Source: Eledone cirrhosa (taxonomy: Eukaryota). From it: 15,865 bases of DNA. Position 1 is the stretch's first letter; each line of letters starts with the position of its first letter. Shown here in pieces: positions 8,921-15,865 of this stretch. The notes below the pieces were generated by a model. It saw only the letters and a list, made by a program, of their open reading frames with translations, was not told the DNA's origin and ran no database searches. A program made the translations under genes and the position numbers. The DNA lies in NCBI GenBank assembly GCA_964016885.1, contig CAXHJY010000354.1:1-15865 (forward strand), written 5' to 3'.

Positions 8921-9088
8921 AGTTATTTTTTCCTCTATTGGAATTGCATCCAACAAGAAAACAAATAACTCTTAATATAGCAGGCCCCAAACAACCAAAC
9001 AACAACTAAATTTGTTGGGAACTATAAACGAAACAAAATGGCGTAGGACAGAAGGAAGGAAAGGCACAGAAACAAAGAAAGGAATCCC

Positions 9089-9133
9089 AGTCACTGAAGA
9101 GGCCACAGAGTGTGTGACGAAAGGACTATGACT
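9089..9133 (+). ncRNA. Hammerhead motif A, unit 2 (stem II variant)
   Basis: Same as 3589-3633 except C at 9103, giving a C.A mismatch in stem II. Confidence 0.7.
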
Positions 9134-9291
9134 ATATATAAACAACTATCTGGTTGTGGAACGAACCAACCAACCAGAAATTTATAAATTTGTAGATTTG
9201 TAAATTTATAAATTTATAAATATATAATAAATTGAAGTGAAAGCAACTGGTGCGTGTGTTTCTTATTGGCAACATGCCCCTCCCAAAGTAT

Positions 9292-9331
<40 letters not shown>

Positions 9332-9400
9332 TCATTTATTATGGCTACTAGTGAGCTTTGATACTCTAACGTTTCCCCTGCTCTCTCACAGGATCACCAC

Positions 9401-9451
9401 TCTTGTTTGAAGATCCTGTGAGTACGCAGGTGAAACTCCAGAGTAACAAGG
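9401..9451 (+). ncRNA. Hammerhead motif B, unit 2
   Basis: Identical to 3895-3945. Confidence 0.72.
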
Positions 9452-10901
9452 ATTATCCATAATAAATGAATATTTAAACTACACTTCGGTATTGAGTTTT
9501 CATTCTTACGTCCGATAATAATTCACGTACTCTCATGTCTTGAATAATCGTTCCCCCTCCCCCCACCCCGCTAATTAATTTTTTAGATTATTTCCAACAC
9601 ACAACCCCCATTGGTTATTAAATTTGGCTAATCAATCTTCGGCGAAATTTTATTGTAAATGATTCATATTGATACATCAGTTGGAGAATCAAATAACTCT
9701 ATTTTACATTTATGATAACCTATTCCACCTCCTCTCGCTTATAAGAATGTAAGCAAATCCCCCCCCCCCACCGCTTATTCCAAACCCCTCTTATTATTTG
9801 GGACCCGAGAGCACCACCAAACTCTCCTCCTCTCTATGTCTAACATACACAACTCTTTTAATCCCAATTTCTATATCTATTACTACCAAATCTATCTCTC
9901 CTAATCCCCCTCTCTATATTTAGCAACTCTCTCATTGTATCTACAAGCATTGAATTCTATCTTTCTCTCTATATCTACTACACTGCACTCTCCCCCCCCC
10001 CCTCTATATCTAATATACAACACTCTCTCCTAATCCCTCTCTCTCAATCTATTACCACCAAACTCATTCTCTCCCTCTCGATATCTACATCAATATCTCC
10101 CAATCTCACTCTATATATCTATATCTATCTCTCCTAATCATCCTCTCTATATAAGTCCCCACCAAACTATCTATATCTTCTATACGACACTCTCTTATTA
10201 TCTCCCTCCTTATATCTACAACCACCAAACTCTCTCTCTATATATATATCTAATATACACGGCTCTCTCTCTATCAAACAATACTACTTTTTCCCTCTCT
10301 CTATAACTACCATACGGCACTCACTCCCATCCCACCCCCTAAATTAATTACCACTAAACTCTCCAACTCTCTATATCTACCATAAAAACACACTCTGTGC
10401 CCCCCCTCTCCATATACATTACCAACAAACTCTCCTGCTCTCTATATCTACCATACAACACTCACTTTCAATACGCCTCTCTATTTCAGTTGCCACTGTA
10501 CTCTCCCTCTCTATATCAATTAATACTAAACTTTCCTCCTCTTTATATCTACCACGACACTGTCTCTCCCAATCCCCCTCTCTCTATCAATTACTCTCAG
10601 GTATCGAATAATCTTCCCCCACCCCACTTATTAATTTTTAAGATTTTTCCACCCCCACCCCCACCCCCACTTTTATTCCACCACCACCCATAGTCCTCTT
10701 TTTAAATTTTGCTAATCTAAAGCCGGCGAAATTTTATTGTAAGTGATTCATATCGATACTGCAACTGGAATATCTAATAATAATTTATTATACATTAAAA
10801 AAACATTATGTAGGACAAAAAAAGAACATTACTAGAAATTCCATATTTACGAACGTACTCTATACATCAAAAGAACCCCATCCCCTATTATTTGGGCCCC
10901 A

Positions 10902-10943
<42 letters not shown>

Positions 10944-11775
10944 TCGTTTGACCTGTGTGAAACCCTTTTCTCGCTCACATCTCACCCATGACGGATGGTC
11001 TGTATCTCTCGCCCATGAATTCACCAAGCTTAAGCTTACAGATTTCATGTGCTTGTCTCTTCCTATCTTTCCGTGCCATACCACCGTTGTTTGTTTACAT
11101 GTCTCGCTCGTTTCACCCTATTTTACTTGTCCCAATAACTTTATTTTTTATTGCTCGCGCCAACTAGAGGTATATGATTTTTAAAGCGATAAAATACGAA
11201 TGAAAGTTGGAAGATCAATGATGAAGGACTAATTTTATTCATATGTAACCCATGTGCAACCACGCAACGCTCCATTTTTCTCATATTTATAATTCTTCCT
11301 CACCTGCGATTGTCTGTTTCTTTCTTACTCTCTCCTCTTTTTACCCCCTCTGCCAATCACACACTCTCTCTCTCTCTGCTGGTCACTTCCTCACACTTCC
11401 ACTCACTCACTCTCTGCCTCTCCCCTCTCTCACCTCCTCCCTTTTGCCCTATGTGAAATCCTTTTCTCGCTCACATCTCACCCATGTCGGACGGTCTGTA
11501 TCTCTCGCCCATGAATTCACCAAGCTTAAGCTTACAGATTTCATGTGCTTGTCTCTTCCAATCTTTCCGTTGCCATACCTTCGTTGTTTGTTTACATCTC
11601 TCGTTCGTTTCACCCTATTTTACTTGTCCCAATAACTTTATTTGTTACTGCTCGCGCCAACTAGAGGTATATGATTTTTAAAGCGATGAAATACCAATGA
11701 AATTTGGAAGATCACTGATGAAGGACTAATTTTATTCATATGTAACCCATGTGCAACCACGCAGCGCTCCATTTT

Positions 11776-11864
<89 letters not shown>

Positions 11865-14584
11865 GGGGCTGTGGAATCATTTATGAATGGGAGCGGAACA
11901 ATTTAGTTGTAATGATTAGCTTCGCTCTTGGCTCTCTAAAATGATCAGAAAATGCAATTTGAGTCCAATCATAAAGTGGTAATAGCAAAATGAACTATGA
12001 AACTTGTCTGTGAATACTAATACTAGCTATTGGCAAATAGTGATATGTAGAGGAAAAATAAGACACGACAAAAAGATTACTATGAAAGTTAGCATAATAA
12101 ATTTTCAAATATCAACCAAGATATAAAATCCTTCGATATGGAATAAAAATGTTAGCTCTTTGCATTATAAAATGGTCAGAAAACTTCGATATGCGATAAA
12201 TATAACATGTACATAAATTGTAGCGCATATAGAAATAGATGTATGCTTTGGTAGTCTGGGGAGAAAATATATAATTATTGGGGCATGCAGCCCCCCCCCC
12301 CTCCCTTGGCCCCCACGAGTTCCACTACCATTGCTGATGCCACTGAAATAATTGTTTCTACTTTTGGCACAAGGCCAGCAAATCACCAGTACATTACTGG
12401 TACTTTATTTTATCGACCCCGTGAGGATGAAAGGCAAAGTTAACCTCGGCGAGATTTGAACTCAGAATGGCAAGGGACGTAACTCTATGCGTCAAAGCAT
12501 GGTGTCCGGCCCTTGTTATACGTAATCAATTCATTCGAAAACTGTCTTACCTTATTAATACCATCAGAAAATATATTTTTACGCATTACCTAGGGTGTAC
12601 TTTGTAGTTGTTATCCTTCCTAGAAGTAGCCGATACATTTCCTTTAAACAGCTCCTTATCAACTTAATTAAGGAAGGACCCAACTGTTCTGTCTATGCAT
12701 TTTGATTTAAAACCCTGTTTCTTGTTACCGGAAACACGGTTTATATGTGAATTTGAGAACGTCTTTAAGCAAGTGTACACATAATTCTCCTCATTGTTCT
12801 CATCAACATTAACCATCTGAGATGAAAGACGCTAGAAGCATTTCTCTCTCTCTCTGTCTCTTGGTTAATTTACTTACTCTCCTTATAATCAATGCTCTCC
12901 ATCCTCCCATTGGTCTCTTTTTCTTCCTCATTCGCCTCCTATTTCTCCCTTTCCTCCGCTTCCTCTGACTCCTCCCCGATCTCCTCTTCATCTTCTTCTT
13001 TCCATCCTTTCCTTCACCATCTTTCCCTCTCTTTCACCTTCTTACTCCCTCTTTACCACATCTACCTCCTAGCGATCAATTTACCATGTCCTTATGTTTG
13101 TGTTTGGTGTTATTTAGACCCTGGCTAGCCCTAACATAGCTGACCAGTTATCAATGACATTAGTTCAGGCATATTTAATCTAGTTATCAAATAGTTTAAG
13201 CATGAGTTGAAAGAGAATTGACTGTTATTTGCAGTATGCTGAGCGACCGAATTGAGGCTTGTCAACATTCTATAGCGGATCTAGTATATGTGTCTGTGAG
13301 TGTGATTTGTGTTATTATTTTATCACCAGATCTTTTCTGATAGAGGCAATGTATGATAAAGACATTCCATCACAAATCACACACCTCGTTTTTTCTGGCA
13401 AAGTGTCGAATATAATTTATTTTCCATTCGAAAGTTTTTACTACGTGGAAGCAAGTATCATACGCGCACATTGTTGCTTTGCCTCACCTCAGCTGTGAAT
13501 AAAAGAGACAAAAACAACGCCTCTTTTTACTTGCTTTTCTTTTTGAGATTGAATTCTCTCAAGTGAATAATGAACACATTGTGTTCTGTAAAGTTAGATT
13601 GCAGAACTTTACTTGTCTTCAGTGACGTATATCAAACACTATTTCTGCTTCGAAAAATACTGATTGAGAAGTTATTTGTCATTATTGTGACCAAGATGAG
13701 GAAGTAGATTACTATGGTGGTTGTGAGTGATGAGGCTTCAGTAAAGCGTCGTAGTGTACTATTTAAAGATTTAATTTCATGTAGTGTGGTAACCATCTGT
13801 CCCTATGAACAATGTTCTTGAGGAAACGAAGAGGACTCATTTCAGTCACCTGACGTACAATAAATAGCAAATATATCTCCCTCAAAGAGCAGCTTATACA
13901 TGCTGGATGATATAATCTTAGGTGTACTATATTCTTCTAATCTTGACATGTGAAGTATTATTAGTTACTCCTCTCCACAAGCGGTACTAAGAATAGATTG
14001 TCAAATATAGTCTCTTGCGGAGAAAAACAGTGCCGTCTGATTAAATCGATCCCAGTATCTGTGTGGTACTTTACTTTATCAACTCTCGAAAGCATAGAAC
14101 TATGAAAGCTAAGTATTTTCAAAAGCTGGAACAAATATCGCAAATAATTTTTCAGACATTCTAATGATCAGGACTGATACACAATTAATGAAAACAATGC
14201 TGCAATTAACATGGTAGACAGCCTTGGTTGATGGGTCTGCTTCATAAGACCTGGTGTGGAGCTAAGAATGATATTCAGAGAAAACACTTACGGGGATGAT
14301 TTGGCTAACGTATGAGTGGTAAAAATTATTTGCGATGTTCATTTTGCGTTTTTTGGTTCAAATCAAGACGAGTTCAACTTTGTAATTCCAAAGCCGCTTA
14401 AATAATTTATCAACTAAGTTATTTTTTCCTCTATTGGAATTGCATCCAACAAGAAAACAAATAACTCTTAATATAGCAGGCCCCAAACAACCAAACAACA
14501 ACTAAATTTGTTGGGAACTATAAACGAAACAAAATGGCGTAGGACAGAAGGAAGGAAAGGCACAGAAACAAAGAAAGGAATCCC

Positions 14585-14629
14585 AGTCACTGAAGAGGTC
14601 ACAGAGTGTGTGACGAAAGGACTATGACT
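14585..14629 (+). ncRNA. Hammerhead motif A, unit 3
   Basis: Identical to 3589-3633. Confidence 0.78.
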
Positions 14630-14787
14630 ATATATAAACAACTATCTGGTTGTGGAACGAACCAACCAACCAGAAATTTATAAATTTGTAGATTTGTAAA
14701 TTTATAAATTTATAAATATATAATAAATTGAAGTGAAAGCAACTGGTGCGTGTGTTTCTTATTGGCAACATGCCCCTCCCAAAGTAT

Positions 14788-14827
<40 letters not shown>

Positions 14828-14896
14828 TCATTTATTATGGCTACTAGTGAGCTTTGATACTCTAACGTTTCCCCTGCTCTCTCACAGGATCACCAC

Positions 14897-14947
14897 TCTT
14901 GTTTGAAGATCCTGTGAGTACGCAGGTGAAACTCCAGAGTAACAAGG
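14897..14947 (+). ncRNA. Hammerhead motif B, unit 3
   Basis: Identical to 3895-3945. Confidence 0.72.
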
Positions 14948-15865
14948 ATTATCCATAATAAATGAATATTTAAACTACACTTCGGTATTGAGTTTTCATT
15001 CTTACGTCCGATAATAATTCACGTACTCTCATGTCTTGAATAATCGTTCCCCCTCCCCCCACCCCGCTAATTAATTTTTTAGATTATTTCCAACACACAA
15101 CCCCCATTGGTTATTAAATTTGGCTAATCAATCTTCGGCGAAATTTTATTGTAAATGATTCATATTGATACATCAGTTGGAGAATCAAATAACTCTATTT
15201 TACATTTATGATAACCTATTCCACCTCCTCTCGCTTATAAGAATGTAAGCAAATCCCCCCCTCCACCGCTTATTCCAAACCCCTCTTATTATTTGGGACC
15301 CGAGAGCACCACCAAACTCTCCTCCTCTCTATGTCTAACATACACAACTCTTTTAATCCCAATTTCTATATCTATTACTACCAAATCTATCTCTCCTAAT
15401 CCCCCTCTCTATATTTAGCAACTCTCTCATTGTATCTACAAGCATTGAATTCTATCTTTCTCTCTATATCTACTACACTGCACTCTCCCCCCCCCCCCTC
15501 TATATCTAATATACAACACTCTCTCCTAATCCCTCTCTCTCAATCTATTACCACCAAACTCATTCTCTCCCTCTCGATATCTACATCAATATCTCCCAAT
15601 CTCACTCTATATATCTATATCTATCTCTCCTAATCATCCTCTCTATATAAGTCCCCACCAAACTATCTATATCTTCTATACGACACTCTCTTATTATCTC
15701 CCTCCTTATATCTACAACCACCAAACTCTCTCTCTATATATATATCTAATATACACGGCTCTCTCTCTATCAAACAATACTACTTTTTCCCTCTCTCTAT
15801 AACTACCATACGGCACTCACTCCCATCCCACCCCCTAAATTAATTACCACTAAACTCTCCAACTC

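Larger units (their letters stand above)
3530..9029 (+). repeat. 5.5-kb tandem macro-repeat, unit 1 (5500 bp)
   Basis: GAAACAAAATGGCGTAGG recurs at 3530, 9030 and 14526; the ORF track repeats at offsets of 5490-5510. Confidence 0.98.
9030..14525 (+). repeat. 5.5-kb tandem macro-repeat, unit 2 (5496 bp)
   Basis: Visible differences from unit 1 are (TA)n and poly-C lengths, T>C at 9103 and loss of the T interrupting a C run near 9766. Confidence 0.98.
14526..15865 (+). repeat. 5.5-kb tandem macro-repeat, unit 3 (cut by the window end)
   Basis: Same junction CTATAAAC|GAAACAAAATGG as 9029/9030. Confidence 0.98.

Noticed and set aside
3530-15865. CRISPR array, rDNA or histone repeat, LTR retrotransposon or virus as the explanation for the array
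   Set aside because: No repeat-spacer pattern, no rRNA or histone sequence, no TG..CA LTR ends or gag/pol, and no long ORFs.

Overview
AT-rich eukaryotic, non-genic, repeat-dense DNA. The SINE resembles octopus/cephalopod elements, but that is recognition from memory, not a search result. No intact protein-coding gene is supported; nearly all listed ORFs are microsatellite or low-complexity artefacts. Main architecture: (1) Bases ~700-2420 are unique sequence that appears to be a heavily decayed fibronectin type III (FN3)-repeat coding region on the + strand. (2) A ~270-bp-arm palindrome (3254-3524 / 3530-3799, 5-nt spacer) has a right arm that is also the exact start of (3) a near-identical ~5.5-kb head-to-tail array (3530-9029, 9030-14525, 14526-window end). 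Each unit opens with two different type I hammerhead ribozyme (HHR) motifs on the + strand, each followed by AATAAA, resembling Penelope-like element (PLE) pseudo-LTRs or retrozymes. Motif B has an upstream antisense partial copy in every unit; motif A has one only in unit 1. The rest of the unit is ordinary genomic cargo: MITEs, tRNA-SINE fragments, a partial-tandem 340-bp repeat, CT-rich tracts and (TA)n. The most interesting hypothesis is a ribozyme-bounded, PLE-mobilised macro-repeat carrying captured host DNA. A fold-back-initiated DNA amplification or an assembly artefact must be excluded.
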